Shown piece after piece: positions 41,365 to 50,787 of a stretch of DNA of 64,000 bases. The position numbers were made by a program, and so were the translations under genes. The notes under the pieces were generated by a model. That model searched no databases and was not told the origin of the DNA. It saw nothing but the letters and a program-made list of their open reading frames with translations. This DNA is from a virus. Positions within the stretch are counted from its first letter, which is position 1. Every line of letters starts with the position of its first letter. The stretch covers positions 29,509-93,508 of the IMG/VR virus record IMGVR_UViG_3300049460_000123. One strand, written 5' to 3'.

Positions 41365-41444
41365 TCTGATCGCAGTTTCCGCATCTCCATACGCCGCAGG
41401 GGTTTCCGACCTGCGGCGTTTTTCATGGGCGCTACTCGGACGCA
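41352..41444 (+). repeat. Bipartite module-boundary element, copy 2 (spacer contains a terminator)
   Basis: AACACAT-acata-ATCTGAT; GGGCGC-tactc-GGACGCA at offset 75. Confidence 0.7.
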
Positions 41445-41453
41445 CGCGAAATT

Positions 41454-41491
41454 TGCTCAAATTTGAGTTGTTTTTTAATCATTTTTGAGTA
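41454..41491. promoter_or_regulatory. Tandem early operators
   Basis: TGCTCA-aatt-TGAGTT and TAATCA-tttt-TGAGTA, starts 22 bp apart. Confidence 0.7.
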
Positions 41492-41527
41492 ATACTGCGT
41501 GCGCGTAACTTAACCCGAGAGAGAACC

Positions 41528-41896
41528 ATGAACATTGACCTAAATGACCTGAAACGGCGCCTGAAAGCCGTGCAGGATCGCGTAAAGGAGCTTGCAGGCG
41601 TGCCAGGTGTAGAGTCCATCTCCTTCTCGACAACGCCCGAGCTCGTGCTCGAGCTGATCGCGCGCCTCGAGCGCGCAGAAGAAGTAACCAAGTCCACCCG
41701 GTACGTGAACGTGGAATCAGGCGGACTCTACGACGTCAAGCAGATCGCGACACTCGAGGCAGATGGCGCGAACCGGCTTGTCGTCTATCGCAGCGTGGCG
41801 ACCGGACATGTATGGGCGCGACCGGAGTCGGAATTCTTCGCCAAGTTCGTCGAAGTGATCGCGATTGAGACGGTCAAGGAGACCAGCCATGTCTGA
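41528..41896 (+). CDS. DUF1653-domain protein
   Basis: GGLYDV...VVYRS...VWARP..EF..KF. Confidence 0.7.
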   Translation: MNIDLNDLKRRLKAVQDRVKELAGVPGVESISFSTTPELVLELIARLERAEEVTKSTRYVNVESGGLYDVKQIATLEADGANRLVVYRSVATGHVWARPESEFFAKFVEVIAIETVKETSHV

Positions 41897-42431
41897 CCTC
41901 GTCCCGAACACCCTCGCCGGATTCAAAGCGGCATTCTTCGACGCCAGCAAGCGGCCGCTCACTGAGCAGGACATTTTCGATGCCGGCGTGCGATCGGGAA
42001 TGGCGCGCGCCGGCGTCTCAACGGCATCTGCGCCGACGACGGATCCTGCTCGCTTGAGTAAGGCCGATATCAACACGCTGGTCGACAGCATGCCGGGCGG
42101 CCTTAAAGGGTTTCTCAAGGGCTGGGGATGGCTCAATTTCGCTCGTGCCGTTGAGGATGAAAGCATTCTTCTGAACTCGAAGGTGATGCGCGCGGAGGGT
42201 GTGCCGCAGATCAAGCCGCGACTATTGAACCAGCTTCGCCGCTTCAATGAGTGCTGCGGCGACTCCGAGGCAGACGGCCACGACGTTGACAGAGAGGACA
42301 TGCACTCGCTCGCGGAACTTGGTGCAGTACGTCCGGCACCCGGTGGCCGTCACTACATGACCGACTTCGGTCACTACCTTCTCGCCGCTCCCGCCCCCAT
42401 CCGCGCAGCGCGCGAAGCAATCGAACTATAG
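41889..42431 (+). CDS. Hypothetical mosaic protein
   Basis: AAGGAG SD; LRRFNECC.D...DV....M..LAELG.V module. Confidence 0.6.
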   Translation: MSDLVPNTLAGFKAAFFDASKRPLTEQDIFDAGVRSGMARAGVSTASAPTTDPARLSKADINTLVDSMPGGLKGFLKGWGWLNFARAVEDESILLNSKVMRAEGVPQIKPRLLNQLRRFNECCGDSEADGHDVDREDMHSLAELGAVRPAPGGRHYMTDFGHYLLAAPAPIRAAREAIEL

Positions 42432-42440
42432 GGAGTAGAG

Positions 42441-44024
42441 ATGACCACGAATACAGACGCAGTGCCGACTCAAACCCTCGACGAGCAGGCCGGAACGCTT
42501 CAGCGCGTCTATGACCTAGTCGGAATGGGCGCCCTTGCGCGCACGCCAGGCATTCTGTTGGCGAACCTCGAAAACATGAAACGTCGAGCGGACTGCCTGT
42601 CCGGCATCGAGCAGCTTTTCACGTACCAAGTCCCCGATGAGCAGAACGAATGGGAGGCGGTCGACGAGTGCGATCTCAACTGGGGCCACGACCGCGATGA
42701 TTACTTGGAGGCGTTCAAGGCTGCCATGCCGGCATTCGTTGCGCGCCACCCGGAACTTGCCACCCCATCTGTACAGGTGCAGGCGGTGCGCTACTTCGTC
42801 TACGACAACGAGGGCGGCTACAACGAGTTCAAGACCGACGCAGAGCGTGAGCAGGGACATCAAGCTGCAATCGACGCCCATCTCGACACCGGCTGCGATG
42901 GATGGAGCGAAGAAGTTACCAACGTCGTGTCCGGCATCGTCACGCACAAGACGGTAAAGACCGATGTCCAGAAGAAGCCCGCGCCGTGCGCCGCGCACCC
43001 CGACCACGACTACGGCGACAACGATTGCGAGGCCTGCATAGCTTGGGATGAATACCCCAACCATGAATTTGACGAGGTTTGCAACTACGAACCTGTCGCC
43101 CTGCTATCTGCAAGCAAGCCTGCCACTATCGACCAAGGGTATGTGGCAGCGCTTATCAAGCGGATGCAGGATTACTGCGACTCGCTCGCGCCACCGATGG
43201 CGCGGGGGCTAATGGCGGAAGCAGTTCGCGTTCTGCTCGCCGCCGCTCCTGCCGCGCCATCACCTGCGCAGGATGAGCGCGAGACGCTTACCGTATCGGG
43301 AAAGCCATTCACCGCAGTGTTTATGAACCTGACGCGCGAGGAAGTTGCCGCCATCTCCGAACATCCGAAATGGTCGGCTGGATCATGGAGCCATGCGCTT
43401 GATGACCGGGACGCTGCCCGCGCCGCACTGCAAGCCGCCCCAGCGGCATCGGGGGAGCCGATCAGTGACGACCACGCCAGGACGCTTTGGAGTCTGGCAC
43501 GCATGGTCTCGTCTACCGATTGGATCAAAGAATTTCGCAAGTCGCTCTACGCCGCCCCGCAGCCATCCCCGACTGCCGTGGCGCTGGACGATGAGTGGGC
43601 GGCGTTTGAGTGGCCGCCTCTGCCCGCTTTCCCTAAGCCATTTCTCGATTCCGACAAATCAGGATCCGTGTTCACCGAGCATCAGATGCAGGGATACGCG
43701 AATGCCTATGGCGAAGTGGTCCGCGCCGCATCCCCGCAACCAGTGGAGCAGACGCGGGCGCTGACGGCTTTGGATGCCGACATGGTTTGGCCGGATGACG
43801 ACGGCGAAACGTTCTTCCATACGATCGACGATGCCGTCGAAAATGAGGTCAATAACGCGTGGCCCATCGACGTAGATCCGCCAGCCAATGGCGAACTCGA
43901 ATTGACGCTGCAACTGGCAAAGCGCATCCCCACCGCGAAGGTCCGTATTTTCAACATCACCGAGAACGGCCATGAGTGGGAGATCGTGACCGCCGCGCGT
44001 CCGGCAAGTGGAGAGACAGAGTGA
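42441..44024 (+). CDS. Mosaic early protein (Ead/Ea22-type patchwork)
   Basis: 527 aa of short modules joined by AAP/ASPQP linkers. Confidence 0.65.
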   Translation: MTTNTDAVPTQTLDEQAGTLQRVYDLVGMGALARTPGILLANLENMKRRADCLSGIEQLFTYQVPDEQNEWEAVDECDLNWGHDRDDYLEAFKAAMPAFVARHPELATPSVQVQAVRYFVYDNEGGYNEFKTDAEREQGHQAAIDAHLDTGCDGWSEEVTNVVSGIVTHKTVKTDVQKKPAPCAAHPDHDYGDNDCEACIAWDEYPNHEFDEVCNYEPVALLSASKPATIDQGYVAALIKRMQDYCDSLAPPMARGLMAEAVRVLLAAAPAAPSPAQDERETLTVSGKPFTAVFMNLTREEVAAISEHPKWSAGSWSHALDDRDAARAALQAAPAASGEPISDDHARTLWSLARMVSSTDWIKEFRKSLYAAPQPSPTAVALDDEWAAFEWPPLPAFPKPFLDSDKSGSVFTEHQMQGYANAYGEVVRAASPQPVEQTRALTALDADMVWPDDDGETFFHTIDDAVENEVNNAWPIDVDPPANGELELTLQLAKRIPTAKVRIFNITENGHEWEIVTAARPASGETE

Positions 44025-44341
44025 CTGAGCGAGAACAGTTTGAGGCGCACTGGTGCCGTGATGTTCCGTCGATGTATCGCAACGCGGCACTCGCCGAAGC
44101 CAAGGCCAACCGTGACGGGGATCGGTACAAGCGCGATGAGGTTCAATGGGCATGGGAGGCATGGCAAGCCCGCGCCGCATTCCCGCAACCAGTGGCACAG
44201 ACGGAGCGGGCGCTGACGGATCAAATGCTTGAGAAACTCTACTGGACGGCGATGGACAATGCTGCGGACATCCTCAGATATATGGAAGACGCGCGCGCCC
44301 TCCTGACCACCGCGCAGCCAGCAAGCGGAGATCACGCATGA
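44021..44341 (+). CDS. Hypothetical protein
   Basis: EREQFEA...AWEAWQARA motif. Confidence 0.6.
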   Translation: MTEREQFEAHWCRDVPSMYRNAALAEAKANRDGDRYKRDEVQWAWEAWQARAAFPQPVAQTERALTDQMLEKLYWTAMDNAADILRYMEDARALLTTAQPASGDHA

Positions 44342-44904
44342 AAAGCGCCGCCGAACTGCTTCACATCATCACGCTGCTATGCGAGGAAAACGGCGAGCCG
44401 TGCGACGGCTTTCGTTTTCGCGAGCTCGTGCTCGAGGCGCGCGCGGTGCTGGCCGCCGCGCCGCTGCCGGTCGTGCCTCTAGCCGAACCCGTCGACATGC
44501 TGAAGGCGATCCGCGCCGGGCGCCGCGCCGAGGTTTGGCTCGAGAGTGGCGTGGGGCCGAGGGCGATGGTTGCGCTCGTGAATGTCGGCCTCACCCCGTG
44601 GACGTTCGACGAGCCGCGCGCGAGCGACTTTGCAAATGGCTTCAATCGCGGTGCCGACTTGGTATGCAAAGCGTATTCACAGCAGATCGAGTCGCGTGGC
44701 ACCGGATGCTTCTATGTCGCGGCCAACGACAACAATCCGGGCTTTCTCATATACGGCACGGGCATCAATGACGGCAAGCCTGAATTCTGCCCTTCACTTC
44801 GCCATGCGACGCCGTTCGCGACATATGCGGACGCAGACACCGCTGCCAATCGCGCGGGCTTGGTCTGCTACACGATCGTTCAACCGGCTATTGGAAGCAA
44901 CTGA
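44338..44904 (+). CDS. Hypothetical protein
   Basis: GGAG SD, ATGA overlap. Confidence 0.55.
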   Translation: MKSAAELLHIITLLCEENGEPCDGFRFRELVLEARAVLAAAPLPVVPLAEPVDMLKAIRAGRRAEVWLESGVGPRAMVALVNVGLTPWTFDEPRASDFANGFNRGADLVCKAYSQQIESRGTGCFYVAANDNNPGFLIYGTGINDGKPEFCPSLRHATPFATYADADTAANRAGLVCYTIVQPAIGSN

Positions 44905-44905
44905 T

Positions 44906-45466
44906 ATGAGCACCCTACCCTCCCACAAGCACCACCTGAGCGCACACGATCAGGCGTTTTACATCGATCAAGCGACAATCGCGGCCGCACATCCGATGCA
45001 GATGAACCGCACCGACCTGAAGGAAACGGCTTACACGGCGTGGAATGTAGCGTTGATTCTCGTCGGCGAGCGGCATGCGAAGCATGACCTCACGGATCTG
45101 GTCGGCTATCTGCTGCACGCGAACATGCGCCTGAACGAGACGATTCGCCGACAGGCGGCCGCCGCGCGCGCGGGCATGGACGCCACGACGCGCGCCAGTT
45201 CGATCCGCCTCGACCTTGCCGAGAAGGCCCGCGCCGAATCGTCGCCGGACGTACTGGCATCCGAGCGGGCGGCCAATGCGATTTTGACCGAGGAAAATGC
45301 CGCACTCGCAGCGGACGCGGGGCGTTACCGATTCCTGCGCGATGACGAGTACTGGCACCAGAACGACCGCTACTGGGAAGCACTCAGCGCCGGCGGCGAG
45401 AAGCTCGACAAGACGGTCGACGACGGCATCAAATCACGTAAGGAATCGGAGGCAGAGGATGAGTAA
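44906..45466 (+). CDS. Hypothetical protein
   Basis: SSPDVLASERAANAILT.E and DAGRYRFLR modules; start trimmed. Confidence 0.6.
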   Translation: MSTLPSHKHHLSAHDQAFYIDQATIAAAHPMQMNRTDLKETAYTAWNVALILVGERHAKHDLTDLVGYLLHANMRLNETIRRQAAAARAGMDATTRASSIRLDLAEKARAESSPDVLASERAANAILTEENAALAADAGRYRFLRDDEYWHQNDRYWEALSAGGEKLDKTVDDGIKSRKESEAEDE

Positions 45467-45755
45467 TGCACAACTCGATATAGCCGAGTTCGGCGAACTG
45501 ATCGACGCCTACCAATGCGCGCAGAAAGACGGATCGCACGACGATCGAGCGAAGGCCCGTATCGCCCTGATGAACGCCTATCGCGCCGCTCTCGCCGCAT
45601 CCTGGCAAGCCACGGTTGAGCAGATCGAGCAGCGCGCAGACGAGGCATCCTGCGCGAACGGCTACGGCGTCGAGGATGGAACCGGCATCGCGCACAGCCA
45701 TTGGTGGACGTTCGACCGTGATGGCCTGCTGAAATTCGCCCGCACCCTGTTATGA
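45459..45755 (+). CDS. Hypothetical protein
   Basis: GGAGG SD; C-terminal LLKFARTLL. Confidence 0.55.
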   Translation: MSNAQLDIAEFGELIDAYQCAQKDGSHDDRAKARIALMNAYRAALAASWQATVEQIEQRADEASCANGYGVEDGTGIAHSHWWTFDRDGLLKFARTLL

Positions 45756-46009
45756 GGATCCATATCAGCTACGGCTCGGCGCGCAAGAAGCCGCACGTCG
45801 GCGATCGCCGGACCACGAAGAAGCACGGCGAGCAGATCCGAGTTTTCAGGATGGCCCGCGACACGCGCGGCAACATCATCGGTTACGACTGCACTGGCGG
45901 TAATCAGCGATATGACTGGGTGCCACTCGCCGACGCGGCGAAGCACCGCGCCGCGCACCATCTGACCGCTGAAGAACGCGCCGCGATAGACGGCAAGGAG
46001 GGGTCGTGA
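45752..46009 (+). CDS. Hypothetical protein
   Basis: ATGA coupling. Confidence 0.55.
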   Translation: MRIHISYGSARKKPHVGDRRTTKKHGEQIRVFRMARDTRGNIIGYDCTGGNQRYDWVPLADAAKHRAAHHLTAEERAAIDGKEGS

Positions 46010-46386
46010 CCGTCTACGTCGACGACATGAACGCCGCGTACGGCCGCATGAAGATGTGCCACATGCTTGCCGATTCCGACGAGGAGCTGCACGCGATGGC
46101 CGATCGGATCGGCGTCGCGCGGAAGTGGTGGCAAAGCCCTGCAAAAACGAGCGGCAGTCACTACGACATCGCGCTGAGCAAGAAGGCGCTCGCGATCGCC
46201 GCCGGCGCCGTCGAGATCACCTGGCGCCAGGCCGGCGCGATGAACACCCGGCGCCGCGTTACTGGCGAGCTTGGAGATCCGGCAGACGCGTGCGAATGGT
46301 CGCTCGCATTTTGGGCGAGGCGCCGGCGCGAGCGTGCGGAGGAGGCGGCGCGAGTCAACGGCCTATTCGTCGCGCCAACAGATTGA
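46006..46386 (+). CDS. DUF4031 protein
   Basis: MTVYVDD...MCHMLADS.EELH.MA..IG...W.Q...HYDI. Confidence 0.85.
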   Translation: MTVYVDDMNAAYGRMKMCHMLADSDEELHAMADRIGVARKWWQSPAKTSGSHYDIALSKKALAIAAGAVEITWRQAGAMNTRRRVTGELGDPADACEWSLAFWARRRRERAEEAARVNGLFVAPTD

Positions 46387-46471
46387 TCATCTTTTAGCAA
46401 TTTTACGGAACGCACCGCCCGGCGTGGCATTACCAAAAAATGATCGGGCCGCCGGGCGCAGGTAGGGCGCA
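46377..46471 (+). repeat. Bipartite module-boundary element, copy 3
   Basis: AACAGAT-tgatc-ATCTTTT; GGGCGC-aggta-GGGCGCA at offset 77. Confidence 0.8.
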
Positions 46472-46489
46472 CCGTCCAAACACACGCAT

Positions 46490-46520
46490 GTACATCGGTA
46501 CATAGGCACATAGGTACATA
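46490..46520. repeat. 8-bp GTACATAG-like tandem repeats (centromere-like, cluster 1)
   Basis: gtacatcg gtacatag gcacatag gtacata. Confidence 0.55.
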
Positions 46521-47257
46521 TGAACGAACATCCAATTCTTTTCAATCGCGAGATGATCCTCGCGCTGCACGCCGGCCGCAAGACGCAGACGCGCCGAATC
46601 GTGAATCCGGCCCCGATCGCCGATGATCGTTTTATTGGAGGCTACAAGATCGCCATGCCGAAAAGTCGGTACACGGGTATGCAGACGGGAGGCGAGATAT
46701 CTGTAGAAGCGGCATATGTCCACACATGCTGTCCGTACGGCTCTCCCGGCGATCGTCTATGGGTACGCGAAGCCTGGCGCGTCAGTCACAAGCACGACTA
46801 CCTTGCGCCGCGCGACCTGCCGTTCGAGCGCGGAATGACGATCATGTATGGCGCCGGCGGATCCCGTGCTCACAACGCCGCCGGCGAGTATGTCAACGAT
46901 CCGTGCTATCCGCTCACGCTACCCGCTTGGGCCGGGAAAGGCCGCCCGTCGATCCACATGCCGCGCGCCGCGTCGCGCACCACGCTCGAAATTACCGGAG
47001 TGCGCGTCGAACGACTGCAGGATATCAGCGAGGCGGACGCAGAGAAGGAAGGCGTGAATCGACTCGCGAACGGCTCGCCCTACTGGCGTAACTACGTAAC
47101 AAGCCGGCCCGACCACGGCACGTATGACTACACCTGCCTTAGCGCGCGCGAGTCGTTCTCGACGCTTTGGGATAGCATCAACGAGGCGCGTGGGTTCGGC
47201 TGGGAAACGAACCCCTGGCTTTGGGTGGTCGACTTCAGCTCGTACCGAGGTACATAG
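46520..47257 (+). CDS. ASCH/PUA-like phage protein
   Basis: PILFN..MI.AL..GRKTQTRR...GDRLWVRE...PSIHMPR.ASR..LEIT.VRVERLQDIS. Confidence 0.8.
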   Translation: MNEHPILFNREMILALHAGRKTQTRRIVNPAPIADDRFIGGYKIAMPKSRYTGMQTGGEISVEAAYVHTCCPYGSPGDRLWVREAWRVSHKHDYLAPRDLPFERGMTIMYGAGGSRAHNAAGEYVNDPCYPLTLPAWAGKGRPSIHMPRAASRTTLEITGVRVERLQDISEADAEKEGVNRLANGSPYWRNYVTSRPDHGTYDYTCLSARESFSTLWDSINEARGFGWETNPWLWVVDFSSYRGT

Positions 47258-47410
47258 GTACACAGGTACATAGGCACGCTCGTACATACCTGCACACACA
47301 CGTCCGTACCTGCACACACACGTGCATCCATAGGTGCGGACGTTTCTACGTGCGCGCGCACACACCTGCACACCCACAAACCGATGTATGATCCGACGCA
47401 CCTACATACG
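47242..47410. repeat. Centromere-like (parS/parH) repeats upstream of parA
   Basis: GTACATAG/GTACACAG tandems and ACCTGCACAC repeats, as expected for a type Ib partition site. Confidence 0.6.
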
Positions 47411-47419
47411 GAGGTGTCA

Positions 47420-48136
47420 ATGTCACGGATCATAACAATCGGCATGAAGAAAGGCGGACCCGGCAAGACGACGATCGCGACGAACATCGCGGCAATGTGC
47501 GTCACCGCCGGCATGAGGACGTTGCTGGTCGACACGGACGGGCAGCGCACGGCGGCGAGCTGGGCCGGATCCCGGCGAGAGCAGGGCGTCGAGCCGCCGA
47601 TTACCTGCGTCGAAAAGACGGGTAAATGCGGCCGCGATATCGCCGAGCTCGCCGACAATTACGACGTCGTCATCGTCGACGCCGGCGGCCACGACAGCAT
47701 AGAGCTCCGCCAGGCGTTCGCCGTCGCGGACCTATGCATCATGCCGCTTCGGCCATGCCAGCCGGACGTCTGGACTCTGCCGGACATGATCGAGCTGATC
47801 AACGAGATCGAGGAAAAATCCGGCACGCGCCCGCGCGCATCCGTGCTGATCAATGGCAAGGAAGCGCCGCGCAAGGTGAGGGGAGGGTACCGCGAGACCC
47901 AGGACACGCGCGACACCGTCGACTCGATCCGCGAGACATTCGGCGACGCCGTTCCCGTCCTTGGATCGATGGTTTCCTATCGCCCGGCATTCTGGCGCGC
48001 GTTCCCCGCCGGAATGAGCGTCGTCGAGTTGCCCGATTCGGCCCGCGCCGAGAGCGCCAAGGAAGAACTGATGAACCTTTTCAAGGAGATTTTCGATGTC
48101 GAATACTCGACCGTCGATCAGCGTCGCGCAGCCTAA
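47420..48136 (+). CDS. parA: ParA partition ATPase (type Ib)
   Basis: Deviant Walker A KGGPGKTT, LVDTDGQ, YDVVIVDAGG; GGAGG SD before ATG 47420. Confidence 0.92.
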   Translation: MSRIITIGMKKGGPGKTTIATNIAAMCVTAGMRTLLVDTDGQRTAASWAGSRREQGVEPPITCVEKTGKCGRDIAELADNYDVVIVDAGGHDSIELRQAFAVADLCIMPLRPCQPDVWTLPDMIELINEIEEKSGTRPRASVLINGKEAPRKVRGGYRETQDTRDTVDSIRETFGDAVPVLGSMVSYRPAFWRAFPAGMSVVELPDSARAESAKEELMNLFKEIFDVEYSTVDQRRAA

Positions 48137-48461
48137 GACACTTTCCGCCGAGGAGCGCGCGGCCCGCCTCGATAAGGTATCAGCATGGAGTGAAGCGCCG
48201 GCACGCGAGGCACTGGGCGAGAGTAGGGCGCCCGCCGATCAGAAACCGCCGCCAGCGCCCGCGCGCGAGGAGCATAGGCACATGGTAGCCGCGCCGGCCG
48301 CGACGCCGCCAAAATCGATGCACGTGCGTATGCCGATCGATACCTACGAGATGCTCCGCGATATCGCGCACGTGACGCGTGAGCACATGAACGACATCAT
48401 CGCTCGAGCGACGCTGAAGGAATGCCGCCGGATCCGCGAGGCGCTCGAGAAAGGGAAGTAG
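48096..48461 (+). CDS. Ribbon-helix-helix centromere-binding protein (ParG-like)
   Basis: Disordered N-terminus plus KSMHVRMPIDTYEMLRDIA...MNDII; AAGGAG SD. Confidence 0.75.
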   Translation: MSNTRPSISVAQPKTLSAEERAARLDKVSAWSEAPAREALGESRAPADQKPPPAPAREEHRHMVAAPAATPPKSMHVRMPIDTYEMLRDIAHVTREHMNDIIARATLKECRRIREALEKGK

Positions 48462-48490
48462 GGCGGGCAGACCGCCACCTTGCAAAACCG

Positions 48491-48819
48491 AATTGGGAGG
48501 ATTCCCGGGTTGATCTGCGCGAGGGTTTTCCACAAGACTCTCGCGCGTAGTTTGTAGACGTTTGTTAACCGTTTGTATACGTCTCAGACCCTTACCAGGC
48601 GTGGCTTTGCGGGACGCTATTGGGAGGAAAGCCGGGTCAATTGGGAGGCGGACCGGGCCAATTGGGAGGGCGGCCGGGTTCCAATTGGGAGAAAAGCCGG
48701 TTCATCTCGTGTTGTCCACAGCTCGCACCCGGAAATCCTCCCAGTGACACCGATCGACAGGGGATGATAAATTGTTCCCTCCCAGTCGGCCCGCGTTTAA
48801 CCCGGAAATCCTCCCATAT
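48491..48819. repeat. Plasmid origin: iterons, DnaA-like boxes, AT-rich repeats
   Basis: Direct iterons WATTGGGAGR-N4/5-CCGG at 48491, 48618, 48639, 48660, 48683; inverted copies at 48727 and 48799; TTTTCCACA 48526, TTGTCCACA 48712; GTTTGT x3. Confidence 0.88.
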
Positions 48820-49558
48820 GAAACTCAAATATGCGCAGACAGGCTTGAACCTGGTCGACCGGCACGTGACGATGCACAACGACTTGCTTGTGGCGTCGCA
48901 CGGACTGAAGACGCTCGCCGAGCAACGCATCGTGAAGTCGTGCGCAGCAAAGATCGATTCGGTGCGCCTAGACGGCAACCGGTACCGCGTCCGACTGACT
49001 GCACAGGAATACGCCGAGACTTTCAACCTCGACACGACGACGGCATACGAGCAACTGAAGTCCGGTTGCGAGTCGTTGGCCGAGCGCTGGATTGTCTGGT
49101 CCGAGCCAGTGCAGCGCGGCGCCGTAGCCGTCCACCGCGACCGCTGGGTGAGCGGCGCAACGTATGTCGACAAAGCCGGCTGGATCGAGCTCAGATTCTC
49201 GCCGGAGGCGACACCGTATCTCATGGTCCTGCGCGGCAACCACACGACCTACCTGCTACGCCAGGCGGCCGAGCTGCGATCGATCTACTCATGGCGGATG
49301 CTCGAGCTCCTGATGCAGTTCAAAGACACTGGATGGCGCCAGATGCAGATCAAGGACTTCCTGCATGCGATGGACGCGAAACCGAGCCACCTGCAGAACT
49401 TCAAAGACGCCCGCCGGCAGATTATCGAAGTTGCCGTGAAGGAATTGCAGGACAAAGACGGATGGATCATCACGTGGACGCCGATCAAGACCGGCCGGAA
49501 GGTTACTGATATCCGGTTTGAATTCAGCCGGAACCCGCAAGGCACGCTCGCGCTATGA
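48818..49558 (+). CDS. repA: Plasmid replication initiator (Rep_3 family)
   Basis: N.L..ASH.L.TLAEQRI...AY..LK...LRSIYSWRMLELLMQFK..G..AV.EL...K.GRKV..I.F. Confidence 0.9.
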   Translation: MKLKYAQTGLNLVDRHVTMHNDLLVASHGLKTLAEQRIVKSCAAKIDSVRLDGNRYRVRLTAQEYAETFNLDTTTAYEQLKSGCESLAERWIVWSEPVQRGAVAVHRDRWVSGATYVDKAGWIELRFSPEATPYLMVLRGNHTTYLLRQAAELRSIYSWRMLELLMQFKDTGWRQMQIKDFLHAMDAKPSHLQNFKDARRQIIEVAVKELQDKDGWIITWTPIKTGRKVTDIRFEFSRNPQGTLAL

Positions 49559-49620
49559 GAAACGCAACTACCCGTCCAATTCGCCACCGCGCCGCAGGCT
49601 GATAGTTAGTTGCGTTTTCG

Positions 49621-49648
49621 AGGGGTGATAACTTTTATTATGTCAAAT
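49621..49648 (+). other. Xer (dif-like) dimer resolution site
   Basis: AGGGGTGATAA-CTTTTA-TTATGTCAAAT, 11-6-11 layout with a good XerD arm. Confidence 0.8.
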
Positions 49649-49659
49649 CTGGAATTCAG

Positions 49660-49708
49660 TGTTGGCATAGTTGACAACGCGCGCTGCATGTTGGCATAAT
49701 TGCCAGCA
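49660..49708 (+). promoter_or_regulatory. TA promoter with two palindromic operators
   Basis: TTGACA(49671)-18-CATAAT; GTTGGCATAGTTGACAAC and TGTTGGCATAATTGCCAGCA; ATG 7 nt after the -10. Confidence 0.75.
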
Positions 49709-49995
49709 TGAAAGCCATCCTCATCGACAAGTCACGCAGCGCAATCGACGCAGTGTCGTTCGCGAACACTGTGATCTGGCAGGTGCCAGAGCCCGTGCTG
49801 GGCAGCGCACACCACTTCAAATATAGCCTTTCGTACATCGTTCGCGGCGACTGCGTTCTGCGATACGACAACGAGCGCGGCAAAGGTGATCATCGGCACT
49901 GGCTCGACGAGGAAACCGCCTACAACTTCGCTTCGCTTGAGCAACTGCTCCGCGACTTTTATTCGGATATCAGTACCTGGAGGGCATCAAAATGA
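49708..49995 (+). CDS. DUF6516-family putative toxin
   Basis: IWQVPEPV.GS.H.FKYSL...LRYDNERGKGDHRH. Confidence 0.85.
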   Translation: MKAILIDKSRSAIDAVSFANTVIWQVPEPVLGSAHHFKYSLSYIVRGDCVLRYDNERGKGDHRHWLDEETAYNFASLEQLLRDFYSDISTWRASK

Positions 49996-50348
49996 ACAAG
50001 GTGACAATCAGCGTTGAGTCACGCGATGCAGCGATCGCGCGCATCGTGGCCGCCGCCAACAGCGGCAAGGAGGCGCAGACCGCACACATCACGTTTGACA
50101 CGCCGGAGGCACTGTTTGGCACGTTCACGCAGATGCGCATTCAGATCGTCCGCGAGATGACAGGCAGCGGCCCGATGTCGATCCGCGAGTTGGCCCGGCG
50201 AGTCGGGCGCGATGTGAAGCGTGTGCACGAGGACGTACACGCCCTTTTGAATGTCGGCGTGCTCGATCGCACGGAAAGCGGCGCGATCGAATTCCCGTAT
50301 GACGCGGTGCACTTCGATTTTTCCTTTGACGGCCAAAAGGCAGCGTGA
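49992..50348 (+). CDS. HTH antitoxin/regulator (HVO_A0114-like)
   Basis: SIRELARRVGRDVKRVHEDV..L...G...FPYD. Confidence 0.85.
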   Translation: MNKVTISVESRDAAIARIVAAANSGKEAQTAHITFDTPEALFGTFTQMRIQIVREMTGSGPMSIRELARRVGRDVKRVHEDVHALLNVGVLDRTESGAIEFPYDAVHFDFSFDGQKAA

Positions 50349-50350
50349 TC

Positions 50351-50524
50351 ATGAGCGACTTTCACACCTGGGCAGCGGCAGTGTCGCGTGAACTGGCGAA
50401 TCTCGGCACCCCACTTCTCGACGCCAAACAGGTGCCGTACGACAACGAGGACTGGTTTCGCCGGGAGTTTGACGCCGGCGAAAGCCCCGTACTGACAGCG
50501 GCAGACTGGCACGCCGCGCAGTGA
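50351..50524 (+). CDS. 57-aa hypothetical protein
   Basis: MSDFHTWAAAVSREL...WFRREFDAGESP...; hand-translated. Confidence 0.55.
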   Translation: MSDFHTWAAAVSRELANLGTPLLDAKQVPYDNEDWFRREFDAGESPVLTAADWHAAQ

Positions 50525-50532
50525 GCGTCGCC

Positions 50533-50627
50533 AACAGATCATAGATCTGTCGCGTCTATCGCCAAAAGCAAAGCCCGGCAAGCGTCTCCGCTGTCGGGCT
50601 TTTTTCATGGGCGCGCATAGGGCGCAA
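50533..50627 (+). repeat. Bipartite module-boundary element, copy 4 (spacer contains a terminator)
   Basis: AACAGAT-catag-ATCTGTC; GGGCGC-gcata-GGGCGCAA at offset 76. Confidence 0.8.
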
Positions 50628-50787
50628 ATCTCAACGTGGGCGAATGTCGATCATTTCATGGTGTCCTCCGGACTGGTTGTAGTTCGGACGAGTTGGCGCT
50701 CGACCGTGTAGGTGGCTTATCCGCCGACTTACTTTGCTTCTCAAGAACCCTCATGATCCCGTCACGACCATCCGCCGTCGATGGACG

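Noticed and set aside
46384-46399. Extra early operator TGATCA-tctt-TTAGCA
   Set aside because: It overlaps the core of boundary element copy 3 and has no clear promoter, so it is ambiguous.
48618-48703. Tandem repeats as a CRISPR array
   Set aside because: A 21-23 bp period without unique spacers, next to repA and DnaA-like boxes, fits iterons.
48620-48817. N-terminal extension of RepA in the ORF track
   Set aside because: It is translated iteron DNA (GQLGG repeats); ATG 48818 is the more plausible start.
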